In this document: piece by piece, positions 20,673 through 29,854 of the stretch
How positions within the stretch are numbered: the stretch's first letter is position 1
Layout: the number at the start of each line of letters is the position of its first letter
NCBI GenBank assembly: GCA_965197905.1
Contig: CBDAOB010000005.1
Coordinates: forward strand, 864,001-928,000
Direction of reading: 5' to 3'
Source of the DNA: Candidatus Latescibacterota bacterium
GTDB taxonomy: Bacteria; Latescibacterota; UBA2968; UBA8231
DNA: 64,000 bases
Position numbers and translations under genes: made by a program
The notes under the pieces: model-generated
What the model was told of the DNA's origin: nothing
Databases searched by the model: none
The model's input: the letters and a program-made list of their open reading frames with translations, nothing else

Positions 20673-21416
20673 ATGCAGACGCCGGTTATCGATTTCCACA
20701 ATCATGTGGGGCGCCACGGTCGGTTGTTCATGGACGACGATCCAGACCGCTTTGTCCGATTTATGGATCAGGCAGGGGTCGACCGGGCATGTATGTTCAA
20801 TGTCTGGTACGGCGACGCCCGCCACGGCAACGACATGACGGCAAGGTTCGTTGCCACGTATCCAGACCGTTTCGTCGGTGCCTGCTTCGTCAACCCTCAT
20901 TACCCGGAAGAGATCGTGCCCGAACTGGACCGCTGTTTCGCCGATCTGGGCATGAAGTACATCAAGTTGTATCCTGCCTATCTCGGTCGTCCCATCGATG
21001 ACCCGGCGTACGATATCGTGTTCGAGTGGGCCGATCCCCGTGGCATGGTGATCATGAGCCACCACGATCGCTGGCCGGAACCTCGACGTTACATCGGCTT
21101 GTCACAGCGATATCCGAACATCAGATGGGTCGTCGCCCACGGAGGCAACGGCCCGTTCGGCCAGGAGGACGCCGTGGCCGCCGCCCAGGCGTCTTCCAAC
21201 ATCTACCTGGAGACTTCTACTTCGTTCGGCGACGGCCGCACCATCGAGTTTCTCGTGAACGGGGCGGGAGAAGACCGTGTGCTCTTCGGCTCGGACATGC
21301 CCGAGCAGGACCTTCGCTACCAGCTAGGCAGGGTGGTCACGGCGGAGATCTCGGAGGAGGCGAAGCGAAAGGTGCTTGGATTGAACGCGATGAGACTGCT
21401 TAACCTGGGAGATTGA
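20673..21416 (+). CDS. Amidohydrolase family 2 protein
   Basis: IDFHNH, IKLYP, AHGG, RVLFGSDMP, GLNAMRL. Confidence 0.88.
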   Translation: MQTPVIDFHNHVGRHGRLFMDDDPDRFVRFMDQAGVDRACMFNVWYGDARHGNDMTARFVATYPDRFVGACFVNPHYPEEIVPELDRCFADLGMKYIKLYPAYLGRPIDDPAYDIVFEWADPRGMVIMSHHDRWPEPRRYIGLSQRYPNIRWVVAHGGNGPFGQEDAVAAAQASSNIYLETSTSFGDGRTIEFLVNGAGEDRVLFGSDMPEQDLRYQLGRVVTAEISEEAKRKVLGLNAMRLLNLGD

Positions 21417-21421
21417 GATAG

Positions 21422-23239
21422 ATGTTCGAAAACCTGAGAGTGGGACACCCGCGCCTGCTGGCATTGGACGAGGATTTCGACCGCGCCCGCACCAACATCG
21501 AGCAGTACGAAGATGCTCGTAGGCTGCGAAACCGTCTCTACGAGGAGGGTTTGCAACTGTTGGAACAACCGCCGGCCGAACACAAGCTGGAAGGACGGGG
21601 CGGTCTTGCCGATCGCAGTCTCGACGAGGTCTGGGTGCTGCTGCCGATCAGCAGGATGGTGGCCGATCGCATCTACACCCTGGCGACGCTCTACCGCCTG
21701 GAAGGGGAGGAGCGGTTCGCGCGCCGTGCGGTCGAGGAGTTGCGATCGATCGCCGCTTTCCCCGACTGGAATCCGTTCCACTTCCTCGATACCGCGGAGA
21801 TGACCCACGCTGCTGCCGTTGGCTACGATTGGCTCTACACCTTCATGGATGAGACCGATCGCGCTCAGGTGCGCACCGCCATCGTCGAAAAGGGACTGAA
21901 GGAAGGGATCCAGGCGTACCGGGAGGAACACCACTTCGTTACCCGGGGAACGAACTGGAACCAGGTGTGCAATGGCGGATTGGGCATGGGTGCCCTGGCA
22001 CTGGCCGATGAGGAGCCCGGCTATGCCGAGCATATCCTGTCGCGTGGATTGGCCTCCTTGCGCCGGGCGATGGAGACCTACGCTCCCGACGGCGGTTGGG
22101 ACGAGGGCCCCATGTACTGGCATTACGGCACCCGTTACCTGGTCTATTTGATTCAGTCATTGAAGATCGCCCTCGGTGATGACTTCGGACTGATCGATCT
22201 TCCCGGCTTCCGCGTCGCGGGTGATTATCGGGTCCAATACATCGGTCCATTGGGTCGCACCTTCAACTATTCTGACTGCGAAGACAGCGCCGGCGGCACC
22301 CCGGAGATGTTCTGGCTCGGTCGCACCTTCGACAAGCCGGAGTACTTCTGGCATCAACGCCAGTGGATCGACGACGACCACATCGGCCATCGCGGCAAAC
22401 CGCGGAACGAGGGCGCCGTTGCCCAGGATTTGATCTGGTTCGAGGGGGGGCAAGAGGATCCGCCGGACTTTCCCCTCGATGTCCTGTTCCGCAAGATCGA
22501 GGTCGCCTTCTTCCGCAGCTCGTGGCACGACGAAGAAGCGTTGTTCGTGGGTTTCAAAGGGGGTGAAGGAGCGGTGAGCCACGGGCACATGGATCTCGGG
22601 TGTTTCGTACTAGACGCGCTGGGGAAACGCTGGGCGTTGGAGCTGGGCATGGAGGAGTACGAGATCCGCGACTTCCTGCTGCAGACTGGACAGGTGAAGG
22701 AGCGATGGGAGATCTACCGGCTGGGCACCGACAGTCACAACACCCTGGTGATCGACCAGACCTACCAGCACCCGAACTCCCGCGCGCCAATCGTTCGCTA
22801 CCGGTCGACACCGGAAAAGGCGTTCGCTGTCGCCAACCTGTCGGAGGCGTATCCCACCACCCGTGGCGTGATGCGCGGCGTCGCCATGTTGGATCGCGAA
22901 GCGGTACTGATCCAGGATGAGATTGCTCTCGACAAGAAGACGGATGTGGCCTGGGCCATGCTCACTGATGCAGAGATTGAGCTGCACGGATCGACGGCGA
23001 TTCTGACCTTGGACGACGTTCATCTCCAGGTGAGGCTGTTGCTGCCGGCTGACGGGGAATTCCAGCTAGAAAGCTGCAATCCGCCGGAGCCGCAAAAACA
23101 GCAGCCCAATACCCGCAAGCTGGCGTTGAATCTCGAGCCGGAGACGAACACTACGATCGGGGTGCTGTTGACCCCGTACCGCAACGACGAGCAGGCGCCG
23201 ACGAGAGCGCCTGACATCGAACCTTTAACCAGATGGTAG
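21422..23239 (+). CDS. Heparinase II/III family protein
   Basis: HPRLL, GYDW, NWNQVC, DGGWDEGPMYWHY, HGHMDLGCF, HNTL. Confidence 0.85.
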   Translation: MFENLRVGHPRLLALDEDFDRARTNIEQYEDARRLRNRLYEEGLQLLEQPPAEHKLEGRGGLADRSLDEVWVLLPISRMVADRIYTLATLYRLEGEERFARRAVEELRSIAAFPDWNPFHFLDTAEMTHAAAVGYDWLYTFMDETDRAQVRTAIVEKGLKEGIQAYREEHHFVTRGTNWNQVCNGGLGMGALALADEEPGYAEHILSRGLASLRRAMETYAPDGGWDEGPMYWHYGTRYLVYLIQSLKIALGDDFGLIDLPGFRVAGDYRVQYIGPLGRTFNYSDCEDSAGGTPEMFWLGRTFDKPEYFWHQRQWIDDDHIGHRGKPRNEGAVAQDLIWFEGGQEDPPDFPLDVLFRKIEVAFFRSSWHDEEALFVGFKGGEGAVSHGHMDLGCFVLDALGKRWALELGMEEYEIRDFLLQTGQVKERWEIYRLGTDSHNTLVIDQTYQHPNSRAPIVRYRSTPEKAFAVANLSEAYPTTRGVMRGVAMLDREAVLIQDEIALDKKTDVAWAMLTDAEIELHGSTAILTLDDVHLQVRLLLPADGEFQLESCNPPEPQKQQPNTRKLALNLEPETNTTIGVLLTPYRNDEQAPTRAPDIEPLTRW

Positions 23240-23264
23240 TCCCCATCTGTATGGGAGCATAGCC

Positions 23265-24215
23265 ATGTCGAAGATCAGGGTCGGACACATAGGAGCAGGC
23301 GGTAAGGGCCGCCAACATATGGACACTGTGGTGAAGATGGAAGGGGTGGAGTTGGTGGCGGTATGTGATCCGGTCGAACCGCTGTGCTCCAAATTCGCCG
23401 ATGATTACGGAGCCGAGGGCCGCTACGACAAGATCGAAACCATGCTGGAAAATGAGGATCTCGACGCGGCGTTCGTCACGACTCCTGCACATATCAACGC
23501 GATAGCCGCACTTCCTTGCCTTGAGGCGGGGGTTAACACCTTCATGGAGAAACCCCCGGGCATCAGCTTGAAAGAGACCCAGGCTCTACGGGACGCGGGC
23601 GCTCGGACGGGGGCCCAGGGAATGGTCGGGTTCAACCGCCGCTTCGAACCGCAGACCACCCAGACCGCAGACATGGTCCGTGAACGGGGTCCCATCGTTC
23701 AGCTGGTTTGCACCTTTCACAAGAGCATGACGCGTATGGAGCAGCTGGGACGTTGGCCGGACGAGCTCATGGACAATTTCCTGTGGGAAACGCCGATTCA
23801 CTCCATCGACCTGATGCGATTTCTGGCAGGTTCGGAAGTGGCTGAGGTTCACGGAGCGTGCCGCCGGGCGTATCACAAGTTCAAGGATGTATTCGGCGGC
23901 CTGGTGTACTTCGAAAACGGCTGCATAGGCCATCTGATCTTCAACATGACCGGAACGCCGCGGCTGGAGCGTTATGAGATCCACGGCCGGGATGTGTCAG
24001 CTTACATGGAGGAAGACGCCTATGTGCTGCGCGACGGCGAGCGCATCGACATCGCCGCGGGGGATGATTTGGCTGGAACAAGACTGGAAGATCGATATTT
24101 CATCGAGTGCATTCGGGATGGCAAAAAGATCGACCTGCCCGCCGCCAATCTGGATGAAGCGGTGAAGTCGATGGAGGTCGCACATGCCGTTTTACAACGG
24201 TTGCTCCCTACTTGA
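23265..24215 (+). CDS. Gfo/Idh/MocA oxidoreductase
   Basis: GAGGKG Rossmann motif, EKPP, GFNRRF, HSID. Confidence 0.9.
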   Translation: MSKIRVGHIGAGGKGRQHMDTVVKMEGVELVAVCDPVEPLCSKFADDYGAEGRYDKIETMLENEDLDAAFVTTPAHINAIAALPCLEAGVNTFMEKPPGISLKETQALRDAGARTGAQGMVGFNRRFEPQTTQTADMVRERGPIVQLVCTFHKSMTRMEQLGRWPDELMDNFLWETPIHSIDLMRFLAGSEVAEVHGACRRAYHKFKDVFGGLVYFENGCIGHLIFNMTGTPRLERYEIHGRDVSAYMEEDAYVLRDGERIDIAAGDDLAGTRLEDRYFIECIRDGKKIDLPAANLDEAVKSMEVAHAVLQRLLPT

Positions 24216-24340
24216 GGACGAGAATCCGACACCGTTTTGTGTTGAAACGAGTCGTAATCCTCCGGGGTCGACTCTGGCACACCGGGTAGTCGCAAGGATT
24301 ATCGACGTCGGCAACTCTTCGCGGCGGCTCTGCTCGAGAC

Positions 24341-25225
24341 TCAGAGTTTGACGGGTGGTCTGGGTCGGTGCGGTGCAGAGGTCGCTTCGTTGTCGAAGAA
24401 GACGGCCCAATCGCGATAGTAGTGGGTGGCGACTTGCTCCGGATGTGCCTTGCTGCGCGCCACGAAACCGCGCATTGGACGTCCCGACGGGGCGGTCAGG
24501 TCACTGAAGCGGATATCGATGCTCCATCGCACCTTGTCGGTGGTATTGATCACGCTGCGGTGCGCCGTCTCCTTGTGATAGAGTAACACGCCACCCAGAT
24601 TGACAGGGCAGGTCACCACGTCCTCTGGTGAGTAGTGCTCCTCGCCTATTTTCTCTGGTCCCTCCCTGTGCAGCGTGCCCCATTTGTGGCTGCCGCGTAC
24701 GAACTGAAGCGCCCCCATGTCTTGCGTCACATCCACCAGCGGCATCCAGCAGTTCACCATGCGGGTGTCTTCCGAGTCCTCCAGGAGAAAACCACTGTCC
24801 TGGTGAAAGAGGTCGTCCGCTATCTCTGGGAACTGCGCCTGAAAGGCCATCTTCGAGCGCACGGCGAACTGGGGGTGAGCGAGGATCTCCGGTCCGACCA
24901 GCTGTTCGATGACGTCCACCAGGATCGGGTAGGTCCACAGCTTGAAGACGCCGTCGGTTTTTTGGCGCTTGCCCCCGGTGACCGCCTCTTTCATTTCTAA
25001 CGGGTCGTCTGCAGCCTCGCAGAGCTTGACCAACCGTTTTTCGAAGGGGTATTCCGCGAACGTTTCGGGTACCTTGCCGGTGGCCTGGGCCTTCCGCGCC
25101 TCGAACTCGACGATGTCGGCCAGCTCCTGCCTCAAGGGTGCGGAGGCCTCCGCTGGCAGGAGGTCGGGCAGGATGAGGTAACCGTCGTCTTCGAAATGTT
25201 GGATTTGGGAGTTGGACAGGGACAT
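24341..25225 (-). CDS. Phytanoyl-CoA dioxygenase (PhyH) family protein
   Basis: FHQD, WMPLVD, GALQFVRGSH, HRS, RWSIDIRF. Confidence 0.88.
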   Translation of the reverse strand: MSLSNSQIQHFEDDGYLILPDLLPAEASAPLRQELADIVEFEARKAQATGKVPETFAEYPFEKRLVKLCEAADDPLEMKEAVTGGKRQKTDGVFKLWTYPILVDVIEQLVGPEILAHPQFAVRSKMAFQAQFPEIADDLFHQDSGFLLEDSEDTRMVNCWMPLVDVTQDMGALQFVRGSHKWGTLHREGPEKIGEEHYSPEDVVTCPVNLGGVLLYHKETAHRSVINTTDKVRWSIDIRFSDLTAPSGRPMRGFVARSKAHPEQVATHYYRDWAVFFDNEATSAPHRPRPPVKL

Positions 25226-25289
25226 GGCGACGTCTCCGAATTCAAGACTAGAACACTGCTAACGTGAATCCGCACAGATCAAAGGGTTG

Positions 25290-25658
25290 TCAAGCCAGCG
25301 CGCGTTCGATGGCAGCACAAATGACGCTGAATTGGATCGGCTTGCGGATGATATCCGCCACTCCGACCAGGCGTTCCTGCTGCGGGTGGTATCCGGTTAC
25401 GACAATGGCTTTAACATCGGGGTCGACTATCTGAATCTCGGCGAGCATATCGTAACCGGACATGGCGGGCATCGTGAGATCCAGCAGCAACACGTCGATC
25501 AACTCTACGTTCTGTTTGTAGACCTCCAGTCCCTGCCGCCCGTCTTCGGCTTCGAGAACCGAATATCCGACCCGCTCCAGGATCCTGCGCAAAAGCGAGC
25601 GGACCGATTCTTCGTCGTCCACGATGAGGATCGTGTGTCTGTCGGAGGAGGGTTCCAT
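25290..25658 (-). CDS. Single-domain response regulator (receiver)
   Basis: ILIVDDE, LLDLTMP, VTGY, RKP. Confidence 0.88.
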   Translation of the reverse strand: MEPSSDRHTILIVDDEESVRSLLRRILERVGYSVLEAEDGRQGLEVYKQNVELIDVLLLDLTMPAMSGYDMLAEIQIVDPDVKAIVVTGYHPQQERLVGVADIIRKPIQFSVICAAIERALA

Positions 25659-25761
25659 GGCGATGGGCGTCAGCGGTACGCCCAATAGTAGGTTTTTGAG
25701 ACCACGTGTGCAAAGGCGTATCTTCGCGGCCCATGCAGTCCAACCACGATGATTTCGCTCG

Positions 25762-27747
25762 ATGTTTGACGATGTGAACAAAGGGGCCAAGGCGGTTCGC
25801 GAGGTTGAAGCCGGATCGACGGGAGATGCACCCGTCATCACCTTGAAGGCCCTCGTGCTGGGCACGCTCTCCGTAGGTGTCACCTTCCTCTACCTGATAC
25901 ACATCGGCCAGGGATACCGGGTGGGCAGCTACGTGCACTCCCTGTTTCCCATGGCCGCGTTCATGCCGTTCGTCGTCTGGCTGTTTCTCAATCTCTTCCT
26001 CAGAATCGTGGCGCCGCGAATCGCGCTCAAGCAGGGCGAGCTCCTCACCATCTTCTGCATGTTGTGGGTCGTTGGAACCCTGCCGCAACTCGGTTGGATG
26101 ACTTACTGGACATCGATCATGGCGGCGCCGAGTTATTTTGCCTCCGCCGAGAACAATTGGACTGAAGTGTTCTTCGACGTCCTTCCCTGGCATGTGTTCG
26201 CCAAAACCTCAACCCGGGTCATCGATCCTTTCTGGTTCGGGCTGCCGCAGGGCATGGAGATACCGTGGGAAGCCTGGTATCCGGCCATCGCGCAATGGCT
26301 TGGCGTATCGACGGCGATGGTCATGTTCGGGTATTGCCTATTCGCCCTGTTTCACAAGCACTGGAGCGAGGCCGAGAAGCTCGCTTTCCCGATCGCCCAG
26401 CTTCCTCTGGACCTGACCCGTGGGTTCGCGACGGGTGAACGCATCCCTCCGATCTTCCGTTCGGGCCGATTGTGGATCGGATTCTTCATCGTTTTCCTGC
26501 CGATACTCTACAATATTGCCACCTATTTCAGTCCGGGCTTGATGCCGATGGGAATTTACTGGGAAGCATATCGGATCGAATTCACCAGCGATTTGTCCCT
26601 CACCATTCGCATCCTGCCGCTGATTCTCGGACTCACCTATCTGTGCCCTGTGGACATCCTCGGCAGCCTCGTGGTTTTCCATCTAATCGGAACCCTGAAA
26701 GCGTGGACGATGACCCGGTTGGGCGTGACGGTGGGCACCGAAGGGCAACCGATGCCGGTTTTCGAGATACTCCACATGGAAAGCTACGGTGCGATGGTAT
26801 TTGTCGGACTCTGGTCCATATGGCTTGCCCGCTCCCACCTGGGCTGGATAGGGCGGCTGGTCTGGCAAGGGGGGCAGGATGTGCGTCAAACCACCATCTA
26901 CCGAGCGATCGTCGTGGGACTGGTGTTGTCCGCGGCGTATATCGTCGTCTGGTGTATGGGACTGGGAATGGGTTTCCCGCTGGCCGCCGGCAGTCTGTTG
27001 CTGATGAGCCTCACCTATTTCGTAACCGCAAAGCTGGTAGCGGCCACCGGATTCGCCTATCTGCTGCCAAACCGAACCTACTTGAAGGGAGACATGTTCG
27101 TGCTGGACCTGATCGGCTCAGCCCGTCTCTCTCACCGTCAGCTCATCGCCTACAAGGTCATGACCAGCAAGGCGTTCTTCGGCACCTTCAGGATACCGGC
27201 GTGGCCGGCTATTCCCCATCTGTTTCGAATGTTCTCCTTGGACAAGCAACCGGTGCGGGTAACGCTCATGGTACTCCTGGCCTTCCCCACAGGCTTTCTG
27301 GTAGCGTCCACGGCTACCATACAGCTGGCGTACGGCGATGGGGGATCTGTGTTTATGGGGGGTAAGGCGAATCAGGTATTCGAACAGATGGTGGAACTGA
27401 CGAACAACCCAAGAACCTCCACCGCCGGGAAATGGCTGGTCTGGGGGTTGGGGTGGGTGGAAGCAGCGGTCCTTGCCTTCGCGCGCAGTCGCCTCCATTG
27501 GTTTCCCGTGCACCCGATAGGTCTCGTTTTTCAAACCACCTTCGGCACCCGTTTGTATTGGTTCAGTCTACTGCTGGTCTGGATCGTGAAGCTGACGATC
27601 CTGCGGACGGGGGGTGCGAGTGCGTTCAGGCGTGGGAAACCCCTCTTCTACGGCATCGCGATCGGTTACGTTTCCGGCATAATCCTGTCGGTGGCCGTCG
27701 ATCTCATCTGGTTTCCAACCGAGGGTCATTCTTTGCACCACTGGTAG
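25762..27747 (+). CDS. Polytopic membrane protein, DUF6785/DUF6784-like putative transporter
   Basis: About 16-18 hydrophobic segments; HWSEAEKLAFPIAQLP, WFPVHPIG, WIVKLTILRTGG motifs. Confidence 0.65.
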   Translation: MFDDVNKGAKAVREVEAGSTGDAPVITLKALVLGTLSVGVTFLYLIHIGQGYRVGSYVHSLFPMAAFMPFVVWLFLNLFLRIVAPRIALKQGELLTIFCMLWVVGTLPQLGWMTYWTSIMAAPSYFASAENNWTEVFFDVLPWHVFAKTSTRVIDPFWFGLPQGMEIPWEAWYPAIAQWLGVSTAMVMFGYCLFALFHKHWSEAEKLAFPIAQLPLDLTRGFATGERIPPIFRSGRLWIGFFIVFLPILYNIATYFSPGLMPMGIYWEAYRIEFTSDLSLTIRILPLILGLTYLCPVDILGSLVVFHLIGTLKAWTMTRLGVTVGTEGQPMPVFEILHMESYGAMVFVGLWSIWLARSHLGWIGRLVWQGGQDVRQTTIYRAIVVGLVLSAAYIVVWCMGLGMGFPLAAGSLLLMSLTYFVTAKLVAATGFAYLLPNRTYLKGDMFVLDLIGSARLSHRQLIAYKVMTSKAFFGTFRIPAWPAIPHLFRMFSLDKQPVRVTLMVLLAFPTGFLVASTATIQLAYGDGGSVFMGGKANQVFEQMVELTNNPRTSTAGKWLVWGLGWVEAAVLAFARSRLHWFPVHPIGLVFQTTFGTRLYWFSLLLVWIVKLTILRTGGASAFRRGKPLFYGIAIGYVSGIILSVAVDLIWFPTEGHSLHHW

Positions 27748-27762
27748 CCTGCTGGGGCGAAC

Positions 27763-27794
27763 AAAAAAAGGGTGACGCCGATCGGCGCCACCCT
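27763..27794 (-). terminator. Rho-independent terminator downstream of the cold-shock gene
   Basis: Minus strand AGGGTGGCGCC-GATC-GGCGTCACCCT running into a T-tract. Confidence 0.8.
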
Positions 27795-27816
27795 CAATTC
27801 GCGATGCGACTCGGAG

Positions 27817-28026
27817 CTACATGGCCGTCAGATTCTCGGCGGCGGGCCCTTTTTGACCTTGCACGACCTCGAACTCCACGGTTTGTCCTTCGCGCAAGGT
27901 GCGGAAGCCGTCGCTTTGAATCACGCTGTGATGCACGAAGACGTCGTCGCCTCCCTCGCGCTCGATGAATCCATAGCCTTTCGTATCATTGAACCATTTT
28001 ACGGTTCCGGTTACGCGATCAGCCAT
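27817..28026 (-). CDS. cspA: Cold-shock protein (CspA family)
   Basis: [32 protein letters not shown]. Confidence 0.95.
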   Translation of the reverse strand: MADRVTGTVKWFNDTKGYGFIEREGGDDVFVHHSVIQSDGFRTLREGQTVEFEVVQGQKGPAAENLTAM

Positions 28027-28198
28027 GAGTGAATCTCCCTTCTCCGATAACGGGTGGTCAAGTTGAACAGTTCAATTCCACGCGTACTGGAATCGGGCGA
28101 TACACAGAACGAAGGAGCGAGACTGCCAACAGAATGTGGGTTGGAATATTGTTTCGAGCAAAACGAGGGCTAAGCAGGGTGGAACCTACAAAAACTAG

Positions 28199-28480
28199 CT
28201 AACGACCACCACCGGGGCCTCCGCCGGGGCCTCTCCGGCCGCGCCGATTCTGAGCCAGCTTCCTCTTTTCGGCGTGGGTCATATTCGCGAGCCTTTCGGC
28301 TTTCTTCTGGCGCCGAATGCTCTTTTGGAGATCGATCTTCTTCTGTACAGAGGGTTTTGTGTAGAACCGTTTATGCTTGAGATCCTTCAGGATTCCGGAC
28401 TTTCTGGTTTGCACCGAAAACCGCCGCAACGATTTCTCAAACGGTTCGTGGTCGCGCACCTGGACGCTGAAATTCGACAT
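28199..28480 (-). CDS. rpsU: 30S ribosomal protein S21 with Arg/Gly-rich C-terminal extension
   Basis: VQVRDHEPFEKSLRRF...SGILKDLKHKRFYTKPS. Confidence 0.88.
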   Translation of the reverse strand: MSNFSVQVRDHEPFEKSLRRFSVQTRKSGILKDLKHKRFYTKPSVQKKIDLQKSIRRQKKAERLANMTHAEKRKLAQNRRGRRGPGGGPGGGR

Positions 28481-28550
28481 CTAACTCTCCTGCTATGGAC
28501 TCCGAATACGCTTCGGCTACAACTCCCAGCCGAGGACTAGCGAGACCGTA

Positions 28551-28579
28551 AGTATAAGGAAGAACATGCACACGTGCAA
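28551..28579 (-). promoter_or_regulatory. Sigma70-type promoter for rpsU
   Basis: TTGCAC-17 bp-TATACT on the minus strand, about 70 bp upstream of rpsU. Confidence 0.6.
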
Positions 28580-28684
28580 AGTCCTATCCGCTTTAGGTGT
28601 AATGCTTTTGACTCGAACCGGCTCGAGGAGCGTCGCAATTGTCGTGAGACACTGTTTTCATTGGCGAAATGAGAAAAGAGGCGC

Positions 28685-29695
28685 TCACGAGCCCAATGGG
28701 AGATCAACCCTGACGTTGCCCAGCCGCTGGGATTCGAGAATACCGAGCATCACGTCGACAACCTTCTTCGCAACGCTTCCGGGGCAGAGCGGAGCACGGC
28801 CCTCGTCGACGGCATGAATGACGTCCTGCACGCTGAGGCCGATGCCGGGACCCGCCCCCTCTTCCCCTAACTCCAGAAGTGATGTCTGCTCATCCTTGGT
28901 CAAGGTGCACCGGGTGCCCGCGATGGTTGCGTTTACAGTGAGGTATCCGTCGGTCCCCACAACCTCGAAACGAACCTTCGGGGGCGGGGTTGTTTTCGGG
29001 CCACCGATGTAGACGCCGCGAACCCCATTCGAAAAGTGGATGTATCCGTGGGCACCTGGCTCGCTGGCTGGCACATGCCCTCCGTCACCGCGGTACTCGG
29101 TGTAATCCTCGTACCCTGCTTCCAGCTCCCCGAATACCCACTCCGGATCGGCGTCCGCGAACCAGCACATGAGGTCGATAATATGGGTTCCGTTGCGGAA
29201 GAGCATGGCGCGTTCGCCGTTGAGGATACCCACTATATTCTGCACCGGGCCGATGGCGCCGTCGTCGACGATTTCCCTGATCCGGTGCCAGTAGGGCATA
29301 AACCGTCGGGTATGGTCCACCGATAGCACCGTGTTGTTCCGCTCACACGCCTCCAGCATGCGCTCGCAGTCGGCAACGGTGGTCGCTAGCGGTTTTTCAC
29401 AGAGGATTCCCTTGATGCCGGCATTGGCGGCGTTGACCACCAGGTCGGCATGGGCGTGATCGGAGGTCGCCACCGTGACGAAATCCAGCTTCTCTGTGGC
29501 GATCATCTCTTGGTGATCCTTGTATAGAGCCAGGTCCGGCCAGGTCTCTTTCCAATGCTCCTTGAATTCGGTCAGCAGCTGATCGGAAAGATCGCAGCCG
29601 GCGACCAGATCGGCATTGTCCATGCCAACCAGACCCGCGGCGTGGGCGATGCCGATATTGCGACAGCCAATGACAGCTACGCGGTGTTTTGCCAA
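28685..29695 (-). CDS. Gfo/Idh/MocA oxidoreductase
   Basis: VAVIGCRNIG, CEKP, DHTRRF, GTHIID; TTG start after AAGGAG. Confidence 0.9.
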   Translation of the reverse strand: MAKHRVAVIGCRNIGIAHAAGLVGMDNADLVAGCDLSDQLLTEFKEHWKETWPDLALYKDHQEMIATEKLDFVTVATSDHAHADLVVNAANAGIKGILCEKPLATTVADCERMLEACERNNTVLSVDHTRRFMPYWHRIREIVDDGAIGPVQNIVGILNGERAMLFRNGTHIIDLMCWFADADPEWVFGELEAGYEDYTEYRGDGGHVPASEPGAHGYIHFSNGVRGVYIGGPKTTPPPKVRFEVVGTDGYLTVNATIAGTRCTLTKDEQTSLLELGEEGAGPGIGLSVQDVIHAVDEGRAPLCPGSVAKKVVDVMLGILESQRLGNVRVDLPLGS

Positions 29696-29796
29696 AACCT
29701 GCTCCTTCGTGGGGTTCGGGTGCGCTAGGGGGCCCGACGTTTGCGGGCACGTAAACTAATCCGCTGGCTTTGCCGGTCAATCGGCGGTCGTTGAAC

Positions 29797-29826
29797 TTGA
29801 CAATGCCAGAGCCTTCTTGATAGGAT
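29797..29826 (+). promoter_or_regulatory. Sigma70-type promoter
   Basis: TTGACA-18 bp-TAGGAT with a TG extended -10 element, upstream of a GAAAGGA RBS and ATG 29855. Confidence 0.55.
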
Positions 29827-29854
29827 GTTCGCACGCGAACGAAAGGACAATACC

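Noticed and set aside
24251..24306. Imperfect hairpin between convergent genes
   Set aside because: Possibly a terminator, but it lacks a U-tract and has no second copy in the window
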